Positions 51,870-64,000 of a DNA stretch of 64,000 bases are shown one piece after another. Each line of letters opens with the position of its first letter. The stretch's first letter is position 1. The notes beneath the pieces are model-generated. The model was not told the origin of the DNA, searched no databases, and saw only the letters and a list, made by a program, of their open reading frames with translations. The translations under genes were made by a program, and so were the position numbers. This DNA comes from Microthyrium microscopicum (taxonomy: Eukaryota). The stretch spans positions 806,001-870,000 of the forward strand of contig MU004239.1 of the NCBI GenBank assembly GCA_010405405.1, given 5' to 3'.

Positions 51870-52310
51870 GAAGCTCGTCAGTAAAATGTTATCATGAACA
51901 AGGCTGGAGCAATGAGCCAATAGCAGCCAAGCCTGGGTCGAAGTTGAAGACGCGCACAATGAAAATGAAGTCGCAGCCCGACTTTTTGGATAAGGTACTA
52001 ACCTGAGAAAAGAAAATGAAGCTGTTTCCAAGTTGCCTCGTCAGTATAATAGGTTTTGGCACAAGGCTAGGACGACTGACCAATAGCGGCCAAACTTGGC
52101 CTGTAAATGAAGGTGTGCGTGGTGAAAATGGCGTCGCAGCACGAGTTTTGAAGGAGTGACCAAGAAACGAAAAAGAACGCATTCTGTAATCAGGCTGGTT
52201 AGTATAATCAACTTTGAGGCAAACCTAGAGCCCCAAGTCAATAGTAGCTACGCTTGAGCCGCAATGGATGATGTGCGTGATGAAGACGATGCCGTGGCAC
52301 GAAGATACGC
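51870..52310. repeat. Degenerate tandem array of 3 units of ~160 bp
   Basis: CTCGTCAGTA-like anchor at 51874, 52037, 52195 and CCAATAGC-like anchor at 51917, 52080, 52238. Confidence 0.75.
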
Positions 52311-54809
52311 GCGGCGGCTGGATGATAATGATGTGAAATGCAGACGGCCGCGGCGATGCTAGGGATTGCAGGCAATGGAAATCAAACTTACCAGCTCCTG
52401 GGTCATCAGAACGCGGCGCGCAAATTCCAAATTGCCTCGTCATAACAAGACGCAAGACGGCTCTCTGGTGCGGGCAGTAACCTCATGGGTGCTGATGCTC
52501 TTGCTTAAGTTCTGCGGAAGGTTAGACTCAGTTGAATGATGATACTGAAGCGCGCGCGGCATGGAGATGGGTCAATTGACAATCGAGGGTGCGAAACTTC
52601 CCCGGCAAGCAGAATTTGCTTCGCGAAGCCTGGCAATTGGAGGCAATCTTACCATCTTCATTGTGAACATGAGGAGCAAATCTCAGCTGACGAGCAGAGC
52701 TACGAGGATTCGATGGCAATGGATTAAGAGAGAACCCTAAGAGTGGTGGATGCTCAATTCCTCATAAAAAGATTTGTTTTGCCTGTGTAATGACTTTGTG
52801 ATGACGGAGGAGGAGATTTGGTCAATGGAAAGGAATAAGAAATCGGTCATACGAGACAGTCGAGCTCGAATATCATATAAACGGAAAGACAATGCCGAAT
52901 CCTGAAATCAAAAGTTATGAATTGATGGTGTGTGGAGTTGTTCAAAGGGTGGTTATGGTTTAGGAGACTGGGCTCACAACACTAGTAGCCGGAGGAAGGC
53001 TACAGGTACTGCATGACTTCCTTTCTCAGCCTTGTATCTCACCTCGACCCACAGCACGGGCCTTCAGCAAGACAGTTTGATGCTTTTACACTTTGAAATG
53101 ACTGTCTATTGGGATATCGTTGAATTGAATCCTGTTCTGAGCTACTTTCTGTCTCTTCAATAACCAAAATCCTTTGTTTGACGCCTGGTCTTGCTTCTTT
53201 GAATGACCCTCAGCGCTCTTCCACAGCTCCGACAAGACAATATCCAACGTTCTATCCAAATTACGACCTCTGACAATGAATACCGCAAGGAATTGCAGCA
53301 ATGAACCATCTCAGCTACACATACCGTGACCAGGCTCTCGTTGCTGAGACTCCGACGCTCGACAGCAACAGCAACTGATCCTCGGAACCCGTCAACGCGG
53401 CGGCGAGGACCTTCAAGCAAACATTTGCTTCAAAGGAACCCAGAGCATCATAGACTTCAACAGTCCATTGGACAACCAGACTGGGTTCTTGGTGATTCAG
53501 CTTGCGTCCTGGGCCAATTGTTCGACCAGACTCCATCTTCAAGCTCCAGAGTGAAAAGTCACGTTACCTCCTCGCCCAGCATCGCATCCTCAGGCAATAG
53601 CTTCCTCGATAAGAATTACTGGTCGAATGATACCCAAGACCTTGAATTACTGGCGGCAACAACAAGAAACGTTGAGAGGTGGCTCTTTGTTGTTAGAGGC
53701 GCACCACTTCAAACCACCCGCAGCGGTACTCAATCATCAATCATACGCGTCTAGTTAACTGTGAGCTTCGGAAAGGACCGAGCTAATTCAACGCAAGAAT
53801 CTAGCAAAGGAGCGCGCCAAAGCAAGCCACAGGACAAATCTTGCACGAGAGAGCATCGAGATTCAGAGACCTGGAAAGCCTTGTCTACTATCGTGAGTGA
53901 CGAGCTCTCCAATTCAAAGCTCTGAAATACGACGTTGCTCCGCTCGGCAAGCTACTACCCGCCGCCTTGCCTTATGCCATGGACTTTCAGATGCGCGGTT
54001 ATCTACAACTCGGCCTTGAGATTCGCTCTTGACAGCCCGACTCAAATCAGTAAATTGAGGATCCGAGTATCCCGAATAGACGCAGGAAGAGGCATGGCAC
54101 AAAGGAAAGAGCATGGCGTGGCGACAGAAGCAGTCCACGAGAACGGAAGTATTAGCGCACCAACAGAGGCAAACCGCTGCGACTGACGCAAGGCAAATCA
54201 AGGCGGAACAGAAGCACATCAGGGGGAGTGAGATACGGCATCACCAAAAAAGCGCACACGGCCATAGAAGCACGGCGCGGGGACAGAAGTACGCTTCCAC
54301 CTGGTGATAGAAGCATGGCACGGAGAAAGAGTCCTAGCGGCGACAGAAGCACATTGCAGGCCTGGAAGCGAGACATGACTAGATAAGCACTCGAAGGCTG
54401 TAGAGGCTCAATGCCGCAACGGGAAACACGGCCAGAGAAGCACTGGAAGGAGAGCCAGACCTTCAGGGGCACCCAAGGCATAGGCTTAAGAGGCGCCCCT
54501 CGCGTGCCAGTTCTGGAGTCATTAGTATCCGTGGCTCCCCCCAACGCGGCGTGGAGTAGTCGACGAACGATGTTTCTACCGGCAGCCAGTACCCAGCCAA
54601 GTTAGGTGCTTCGCCGGCAGACATTGGCAACGGCACTATAATCCCAAGGACTCAAGGAGTAGCGGCAGGGACAAAGAACTGGGATTACAGAAAGCAATGC
54701 ACAGCAAGACCATTGGCAAGGAAGGAGGACATCACCTGTATACGAGCATGCTGCATGGCTCGCCGGAAGTCAGAGGTGTCAAGATATTTAAGCAGTTGCT
54801 GCGCATGCT

Positions 54810-54980
54810 TGGAAGAGCACGGCTGCGGCATGGCCGAAGCGTGGCAAGAAGAGCATGGCCAAATCGTGGCAAGAAGCGCATGGCCAAAGCATGTGAAGAA
54901 GAGCATAGCAAGAAGAGCATAGCAAGAAGAGCATAGCAAGAAGAGCATAGTAAGAAGAGCACGGCAAGAGCATGGCTGGC
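54810..54980 (+). repeat. 14-bp minisatellite (AAGAAGAGCATAGC)n with degenerate flanking copies
   Basis: About four near-perfect units at ~54896-54960; AAGAGCAYGGC variants on both sides and related motifs at 54085-54350. Confidence 0.85.
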
Positions 54981-55355
54981 TTGCCGGAAGCGTGGCAGGC
55001 ACGGTGGGTCCAGAGGAGTTGAGTACTGTCTACGAAGAAGATACAAGAGCTGTGGACAAAGAAACCTTGAGTTCGTGGACCACTGGAAGAGCAAGGGAAG
55101 CCAGAAATAAAAGAACAAAGCGCTGCCAACAGAGAATCAAAGAGCATTGGAAACATGCCAGCATATGAGCTTTGGTACAAGATGTCCTAGAGATTTGAGC
55201 TACGACTGTGGAGGAGGGAGCCAGCTATCAACTGACCAGGAAGAAAAATACGTATGACGATGACGATGGTGCCGAAAACTTACGCCGAGGAAGTTTGCAA
55301 CGGGGCGTTTATCAGAAAGGGCTTTCAACAATAGGAGCAGCAATACTCGTTGACT

Positions 55356-57290
55356 TTAATTCAAGAAGAAGACATCTGCGGCATATCCCCTTACCTCTGA
55401 TCTTCTCAGCTGGCTTCCTTCTAAAGTCCAACCTCCATCGCCCCAAAGCACAGTACCAATCGACTTTGCCGTCCCAGCAATAGGAACAACAGCCTCGCGC
55501 CCTTCGCTCCCAGCGTCAGTAATGGATACAACGCTTACAAGCGTCCTTCTATCAATATGCCACGCTGCAACATCAACGACGCTCGAATCCAAGTTCGACT
55601 CAACCGCAACTCGCGTGCCCTCCAAAATTGCGCGGCTCACATCATCCCTTGACAACATCGCCGCCAGTTTCCCCGTACTATTCGCCAACTCCGCCGTGGT
55701 GGGCCAAACCCAGGCAGTAAGACCCTTGGACCCCTGATTAATCCTCAGCATCGACATGGCCGTCTCCTCCGTCGCATCTGGCGTTCGTGACCAATACTCG
55801 CTACCGCCAAATGCTTGCGGCACGCCCCAGAGCGCCTTTGGTGGCCCATAGGAATGCCCAAGCCAGGATTGGTACTGCTTCAGCTGACTGATACGAGAGC
55901 GTATGTCGGCGATCGAGCCGGCGGGCGCGGTACAGTCGTCGCAGCCGCAGTCTCCGTAGGTCGAGTTGCATGTGGTATTCCATTGTGTTGAGAAGGTCAA
56001 ATTTGTAGCGACGGGGTAGACGTCTTCCATGATGATGTCGGCGCCAGAGGTGTATTCCTTGAAATAGAAGTTGTTGCAGTTGAGGACAAGGCTTACTGGA
56101 CGATACGGGTCCAGTTGATTGATTCGCTCGTATGCTAGGCGAGTTGCGTTCAAAGGCTAATAATTTGTCAACTTCGAGGTTTGGCAAGAGACGCGCTTGA
56201 GAAGCACGTAGAGCGCAGCGACTTACCTCGCTGTTACCGTCAGGCTCGTCGGCCGTATACCACGATAATATTGATTTACGACTCTTCAAACGATTGACCT
56301 GTTCTGTCAGCGACGACAAGTTGGTGTACGTGTGGCGCATATCATATATGACCCATAGCTTCAGTTCATCAGCTCGAGTCATAAACGCATCAAATTGGGT
56401 CAAGTTGAATGGCTGCGGTCCTGCTCAACTATCAGCCATGCAGGTGCTTCTATCGAAATGTGCCACTCACCACCCGGAGGGATCACATGGATAGCATTGA
56501 ACCCATAACTCTTAAACTCATCAACCCTCGCCGTCGAGTTGGAAAGCCAATTGCCCCAATCCACATAATATGAATATGGCAATATCGGCTTCCAATTGAT
56601 TTGGCTCACTGCACTGACGCCCGGCTGCTGAACCTGGAAAGCAGGCTGAACACTATAATCCTCCACATAGAGCGTCCCCGTCTTTCGATCCAATCTGCTC
56701 ATCGTCCCACCATCAGTCCGTTTTGGCAGCTTAGTAAAGCGCGTGGGAATTTTGAAAGAAGATTGGCACCCAGGTAACGTCGCTTGTACCTCCAACTCAT
56801 GTGCCACAAACTGACTTTGAAATTCCTGAAGGGAGAACCAGACGCCATTTCCAGTTGTGTCAATACCTATACGGCTAATTGCAATGGCACTGTTATTTGA
56901 CATGACAGTCAGCTCTAATTTCGGCGCTTTTATAGAGTCCAATGAGTAGAAACCTCGAAAGTCGCATAATGGAACTCCAGTGGTGTAGGAAATGGCAGCA
57001 TCTACCACCAACTCCGCCGCTTGTTCGCCATCAGTGTATATGTTGAATCTGGGATACACGCGCAAGTCCAGGAGTGGTTGACTTGATTGCTTTGGAGCCT
57101 CTATCCATCCGCCAGGGTCGAATGATGCGTTACTTGTGTATTTGTCAGTCGCGTGCAAGTGGCGTACAAGATAGAGAACTTACTTTGCGTAGTACGCTTT
57201 GCCACACCATATTGGTACTCCGGGTGGGTTATTGAACTGGGCGTATCCAAGGACTACCCTGACGCTGGTCCATAATAGATACTTCTTCAT
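55356..57290 (-). CDS. Glycoside-hydrolase-like protein (uncharacterised TIM-barrel family), probably secreted
   Basis: WCGKAY, PYSYYVDW, GFNAIHVIP, WYTADEPDG, DPYRPVSLVLNC, DIIMEDVYP, WGVPQAFG. Exons 57290-57184, 57132-56471, 56420-56227, 56156-55356. Confidence 0.82.
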
Positions 57291-59068
57291 TATTACATGT
57301 TCATATCAACTTTTTACTGGGATGAATATGGCGCGACTTTTCATATTTGCGAGTTGCACACATTGCGATTGGATTTCTGAGGCGATGTACGTTTTGATTG
57401 AGTAGACTTCAGACGTGTTTACTGTTTGTCAGTCCATGTTGGATTTGCAGTCATCTTCGGTTTCAAATACCCTATAAGGTGTAGACCAGCTATGCGAACG
57501 AAGGTTTCCAAGCACGTTGAGAAACTGAGCTCGCGAGTTGTATCTTCTTCCAGACTCACCGGCAATGTGCATATCATTGTTGGATTTATCGAAATGCAAG
57601 CATAAATTGGTGATGATTTAGCACTCTGTCATGGGCACTATTCGGCCTATCAAGTGTTGAGGTGGCGCAATTAGTCTGGCTGACAAGATTTTGTATGTAA
57701 GCCCCAGATTCTATCAATTTGAGTGATCAAACTTGATTCTGGACTGGCATCTTATCATTTATGGTAAAGTTCATCTTGCATGCTGCCGTGAGATAGAAAA
57801 GATGAAGAAATGGAGCCGGCCCAGCCCCCTTGCTGCGTGATGCTGGATTGGCTCGAATGTTTCACCAGCCTCGCGGTTTTGATCGAGAGCTTGATGGCAA
57901 AGCTAAGGTACCTGCATGCCGCTATCTTTCTGTCTGATTGTATTTATTGGTTCAATACATATGCATCTTATCTTCATCCTGCAACAACCTTTCTGCGTCA
58001 CACTGATATCTGGGAAACTCAGAAGAAAACCGGTATTTGTGCAGAATTGCACTGCAATATCTCATCCACATTGAAGAGTGGAGAAGGGCTAGTGAGATAT
58101 AGAAGGATAATTGGCGTCTGTAAGGCTGTTAGCCCCTTCGTGCCCCGTTGGCGTGTAGGGTCTGCTCTAATCAGCCAGGTAGTCGGTTCGAAAATAGATA
58201 CAAGTCACACCTTCGGTAGCGAGGGTGTAACAAAGCTACCAGATGATTTATCCGTGTCGTACAAGTGGGAATTGATGGCCACACCTTCATTTATGACTGA
58301 TGATCCTTTGAGTCCCGAGACTTTGCTCCTGAATAGAACGAGCAAGTCCATGAAGGCTTCCAGACTTGCCAGTGATGAGGCTGAGAACGTGCACATGTAT
58401 AAGAAAAGTAGAAAGATGGCTTGCATTTACATAATACTGGGCTCTATGGCTTGACGATTCTGGACTTTTCGTGCTTGGCCAAGTCTAAAGAAGCCAATGC
58501 CAGAGCACGCGTAGGATGCGGAGGAATGCAGTCCAATAAATTTTGACCTAGCGCGATTGCGGCGCATGAACGAGGCTGATTGATGTGAGTTGTGACAGCT
58601 CTCGTGAATCTTTGCTCTCGCCAAAAGTTATCACGTTTTCCAGCTCTTGCCAAAAAATCCTCACCTCTACTCTTTCCCTTTGGATTCGTTTACTTTTGGA
58701 CTCTTCTCCCAATGGTGGATTGTTTATAGCGAGGACTTGTCTTTACCCATCACCGAAACCCGCCAGTCAGTCATTTCTCGGCCCCATAACACCAACTCAG
58801 TAATGGCGCAGTAGCACAAGCTGCGACCAGTACCCACACCAAGCGACTCTTCATAGAGATTTTCGACTCCCGGAGCCAAAAACTCCTGCCCTGCCCTTTA
58901 CTATAGGGGATTTTCACTCGTTTTTGCAGTATTCTAGAATTCCATCATCACAAGTTCATCCTAGGACGACCCTGGACACTGCGCGAGTCGTCTATCTTCT
59001 TCCCCCCAACATCCTGGACCCCACCATTCCCACAACAACAGACGATCGTGATAAACAACAATTCAATC

Positions 59069-60917
59069 ATGGCGAGCCCATTACATCATTGGGATTCTAG
59101 CGCCGAGAAGCTTCCAGGTGCCGCAGCTAGCACTGACAAGCTCACTGCATTCACAGATTCTGTGGGGAGCCGCGATGCGGAGACTGCTCCAAAGAAGCCT
59201 CGCAGCCTCAAAGTACTCTGTAAGCTAATTCAAATTGTATTCTCATCTCTGCATAAGGATGATTGCTGACTGAAACCTAGGGATTGTGCTCGCAATTACC
59301 TTAGCACTTCTCATCGTGGGTGGTGCCGTGGTGGGCGGGCTTGCCGACAAAGACATCATTCACTTTGGTGCGAAGACAGGAACATACACTTCAGGCCCCC
59401 AAACCACTGGCTCTGGTTCTGGCTCTCCAGCGGGATCATCCGGTTCTGGCACTGGCGCCAAAAATGGTACTACAGTCCCAACATGCACCAAGTCTGATGA
59501 TATTCCTGCGTCGGCCAAAGGCACCTGGCTCGACCCAACCTCGTGGATGGATGCAAAAGACTTCAATTGCACCTACACCGCCGAGACCGTTGGAGGGCTT
59601 CCCGTGGTAGGCCTAAACCTGACTTACGACGACTCGAAGCAGGCAAACGCAAATTCTCCACCCATCAACAAATCCTGGGGTTACGGCACCAACCCGTTCC
59701 GTGGAGTCAATCTTGGAGGATGGCTTTCCCTTGAGCCTTTCATCACTCCATCACTCTTTGGCACAGACGCGAGCCCCATCGCAGACGAGTACACCTTGTG
59801 CCAAAAGCTAGGTAAAGACGCGGCCGCCACGCTGGAAAAGCACTACTCGACCTTCATCACCGAAGATGACTTCAAGGCCATTGTAGCAGCAGGACTGGAC
59901 CACGTTCGTATCCCCTTCTCGTACTGGGCGATCGCAAAGTATGACTCGGATCCTTATGTCTTTGGCGTCTCGTGGCGATACCTGCTCCGAGGAATTGAAT
60001 GGGCTCGACGATACGGCCTCCGCGTCAACATTGACCTCCACGCAGTTCCTGGTAGCCAAAACGGTTGGAACCATAGTGGTCGATCTGGAACAGTCAACTG
60101 GATCACCGGCCCAAACGGAACGATAAATGCTCAACGATCTCTAGACATCCACAACCAGTTGTCCAAATTCTTTGCCCAAGATCGCTACAAGAATGTAGTA
60201 ACCCTTTACGGCCTCGTGAACGAACCATCCGGTCAGATTCCTCAAGACGATCTCGCAGCCTGGACAGCAAAGGCATACGCCATTGTCCACGGAAACGGCA
60301 TATCAGCGATCCAAGTATTCAGCGATGCATTCAAGTCCTTTGAAACGTGGCAAGGAAAACTCACCGGCTACGGCAACGGCCTGATCATTGACGCACACGA
60401 ATATACTATATTCGACAACGCTTTGATCATCAACAAACACACCGACCGCGTCAACTTTGCCTGCAAAACATGGACCAACCAAATCAACACCGGCCTCAAC
60501 CCCAAAACCGGTTTCGGACCCGTCATGGTCGGTGAATGGAGCCAAGCAGATACAGACTGCACCCAATATCTCAACGGCGTCGGCACCGGCACGCGCTGGG
60601 AGGGTACATTCGATAAGAATATTGGTCCCATGTGTCCAACCAAAGACAAAACCTGCTCTTGCGGCCCAGCCAACGCCGAAGTATCTGCAATGAGTGCAGA
60701 CTACAAGGAATTCCTTTTGACTTGGGCGGAGGCGCAGATGGATGCGTTCGAGAGATCGTGGGGCTGGATTTACTGGACGTGGAAAACCGAGTCGGCTCCG
60801 CTATGGAGTTACAAGACTGGTCTCGAGAACAAGATCATGCCGGCGGTGGCATACCAGCGCGATTGGACCTGTGACAAGGCCATACCGAGTTTTGGAAGTT
60901 TGCCGGAGAACTATTAG
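59069..60917 (+). CDS. GH5 exo-beta-1,3-glucanase with N-terminal membrane anchor (ExgD-like)
   Basis: RGVNLGGWLSLEPFITPS, GLDHVRIPFSYW, DLHAVPGSQNGWNHSG, catalytic NEP and VGEWS, GWIYWTWK; TM helix after intron 59220-59280. Confidence 0.93.
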
Positions 60918-62621
60918 ACTCAAGGGAGTATTGGGAGTTTGATGATTTGTCTATGCGATGCGTCCATGATCAATGATACCTGTTTGCTGTATGATAGACC
61001 GATGACTTTAGTTAATTGAATAGTCCAGATTCCACGACGGAACAAACGGACTGCTTTCTTCACAATCTTCGTTTCTTACGTCTTTGTTCGATTGAGGTGC
61101 CGATGGCCATGACAACTTGTGATTATTACCAATGTTCGTTTGTAAATAAGTTCATATTCAACAGTGGCAAGAGATAGGGGCGTAGCTACTAATGTACCTA
61201 CAGCGGCTGAGAAGCGTAGAGAAAGCGGCTACAAGAGATCCGTAGAACATCGAGAACATCGAGACCTTGATTCATCCCGCCAGATGGCTGCCACGAGACC
61301 AAGAAGCGGGAAATAGGGAATGGCTAAAGCTTGAAGTCTGTCCAAGAAAGCCCAGATTAAATTGCGATGATCAACGGGGCGGAAGATAGGCTAGAATCTC
61401 CAAGTCCGTGCATCGAAGCCTCGATGGAACCTTGTGTCGATTTCAAGGATATCGAGTCTGAATAACCTGGATTCATAGGCTGATCTCAGCTTAGAAAGGA
61501 ATTCGATTATGACCACCCCACAAATTCGGGGGGTTGCCACCTTACCCATTGGCTATAGCGTAAAATTTGTAACAGGCAAGTCTTTGTTCATGTCTGGCTG
61601 TGGTTGGATCTTTGATGTTTCCCCTATGCTAGAGTCTAGAGTGAACATGTCACGACACTAACTTTCCACAACCTTTAGCCTTTACTATTTAGCTGCATTT
61701 ACACATGGATCGCGCCGGCGCTGTTGTTTCGTTCAGGCGTAGTTGCCGTCTCTCCTATCAAAGTAATTGGTGGGAAGAATCGACGAAATCTCGACTAACC
61801 AAACTCTAATCCTGCTCACTTCCAATAGGAGATCGAGACGTTGATCTAGTCCACCCCTCCTTGCTCAACGTTTCATTATACTCCTACTACTCCTTTCACT
61901 CCTTCCCCATAGCAATAGTATTAACCTGCCTATAGCAAGGCCTTACCATCCCTTTTATATCCGGTCTATGGTTGACCGAATTTCGTCACTCTTTGCCAAG
62001 GGTCCAAACAACCCCATGGCTCACTTCAATGCTTACCATACTCCTCCCGAGTCCTTCTGAGTCAACCAGCCTGCCAATGTGCCTGTAAATACGCGCCATC
62101 TCGGGCCGTCCGAAGTCCCAAGCTACAATGTCCATCGCAATCATGACTGGTGTCAAACAGCAACCCGTCCCCCAACTGTGGCGTTTGCGACCATCATCTC
62201 AACTGCAACGTTCTCAACGTATCGCGTGTCTTCCATCCTTCTAGCTACCAAATTCAATCCCTACTTGACTCGAATAGGTATGTCCTACTTGCAACCTTTG
62301 CATCCACTACTGAGCCGTGAATGACGGGAAGATCTAGTTCTAAAGCCAAAAGCAGAAGGTAATGAACCAAAATGTACCCCCATTACAATCCCATCCATTC
62401 GGTATTCTATAATTCGTTTTCTCTTAGTACGCAAAGTAGGCCGTGATGGCGTTTTTGGTCTAAAGCCTGGTGTTCATCTCTTCTTCTATGAGCATCTTAA
62501 ACATGGATAAATAGCAACCCAGTCCTTCCCATCTTGACTTTCGAATATCAACCATTCAGTCATTCGCTCACTCTTGGTCTTTATTATCTAATTCTTTATC
62601 TTCTTCTTCAATTCTATAATC

Positions 62622-63991
62622 ATGCACGGAATCAAATCTATTGCAGCCATTGCTGGCTTGGCTAGCTTGGCTGTTGCTTCTCCTGTTGAGAAGAGAGCTA
62701 CTCCTGGTAGCTTTCAAATCAAGCAGGTTCAAACTGGCCAGAAACTCGCCGTTGGTGCTGTTGCCTACCAAAAGGCGTACCAGAAGTACAACAAGGCTGT
62801 CCCAGCTGTCGTTGCCGCGGCTGCCCAGCAGGGTGCTGTCACTGCTACTCCTGAGCAGTATGATTCTGAATATCTCTGCCCTGTCACTGTTGGTGCAAAC
62901 ACATTGAACTTGGATTTTGATACTGGATCAGCTGATCTGTAAGTTTATGAATCGGTTCCTCAAGCTGAACCTCAAAAATACTAATTCGCCACAGATGGGT
63001 TTTCTCTAGCTTGCTTCCATCAAGCGAGCAAGCAGGCCATAGCATCTATAACGTCGCCTCCGGCAAGAAAATCACTGGAGATACCTGGAAGATATCCTAC
63101 GGTGATGGCTCTGGTGCCGCTGGTACCGTTTACGCAGACAAAGTCGTCATTGGTTAGTACATTCCATCATTTGTTCAAACCACAACTAATGCCATATCAG
63201 GACCTGTCACCGCCACCACCCAAGCCGTTGAAGCTGCTACTAGCATCTCCTCCGCTTTCCAGCAAGACACTGACAACGATGGTCTAGTCGGCCTCGCCTT
63301 CAGCACCATCAACACCGTCTCCCCCAAGCCAGTGACCACCTTCTTCGACACCGTCAAGGCCAACCTCACCTCCAAGCTCTTCGCCGCCGATCTCAAGAAG
63401 GGTGCCGCCGGTGTCTATGACTTTGGCTACATTGACACCACCAAGTACACCGGCAGCATCGTCTACACCCCCGTCGACTCCAGCCAGGGATTCTGGATGT
63501 TCACCTCCACCGCCTACAGCATCGGAACGACCAAGACCTCCGCCTCCATCTCAGGAATCGCAGACACCGGTACCAGTCTTTTGTTGCTCGATGCCAGCAT
63601 TGTCACCGCCTACTACAAGAAGGTCACTGGATCCAAGAACGATTCTACTCAGGGTGGTTATACATTCCCTTGCACTGCTACACTTCCCGATTTCTCCATC
63701 ACTGTTGGTGGCGCTGTTCGCACCGGTAAGTTTTTCCCGTGATACTTCGTATCCTCTTTTTCCAAGATTACACGGCATATGTGAATTAAATGCTGATTTT
63801 TTTCAATAGTTCCCGGCTCATACATGAACTTCGCACCAATCGACAACACAGGCAAGACCTGCTTCGGCGGCATCCAATCCAACGCTGGTGTCGGATTCTC
63901 CATCTTTGGAGATATTTTCTTGAAGAGCCAGTATGTCATCTTTGACCAGACCACCAGCTCTCCAAGGCTTGGATTCGGTCAACAGGCATAA
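62622..63991 (+). CDS. Secreted aspartic protease, family A1 (aspergillopepsin/endothiapepsin-like)
   Basis: Signal peptide plus KR; catalytic [10 protein letters not shown] and [22 protein letters not shown]. Introns 62939-62994, 63153-63200, 63726-63809. Confidence 0.96.
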
Positions 63992-64000
63992 ATTCGAGCC

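Noticed and set aside
54685..55180. Overlapping repetitive ORFs (LLAMLFL / CSSCYAL)
   Set aside because: Translation artefacts of the 14-bp minisatellite.
57810..58454. 214-aa ORF between the two glycoside hydrolase genes
   Set aside because: No motif or clear codon bias, and it lies in a divergent promoter region; cannot be supported.

Overview
Eukaryotic DNA from a filamentous ascomycete (Pezizomycotina), judged from short GT-AG introns with CTRAC branch sites, a HET-domain gene and RIP-mutated repeats. About 13 protein genes are supported: HET-domain protein (partial), LYS2 aminoadipate reductase, RBR E3 ligase, GHITM/Bax-inhibitor family protein, S1/P1 nuclease, LicD-family protein, U2AF small subunit, DUF1993 protein, C2H2 transcription factor, Gin4/Hsl1-like kinase, a glycoside-hydrolase-like protein, a GH5 exo-beta-1,3-glucanase and an A1 aspartic protease. 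Two DNA transposons have base-exact ends: a 3.46-kb RIP-destroyed PIF/Harbinger element (AAT TSD) and a 1.24-kb non-autonomous Mutator-like element with a duplicated left end (9-bp TSD). The three most unusual signals are: (1) the kinase frame is broken by a single in-frame TAG in a predicted hairpin loop and continues for 416 codons, a candidate for A-to-I stop-codon editing or readthrough; (2) just downstream, a gene-free ~7-kb zone holds several unrelated degenerate tandem arrays, two of them with nucleosome-sized units (~160-180 bp); (3) a ~1.2-kb ATG-free region precedes the C2H2 factor, with an in-frame GTG in strong start context. All exon boundaries and repeat positions were read by eye.
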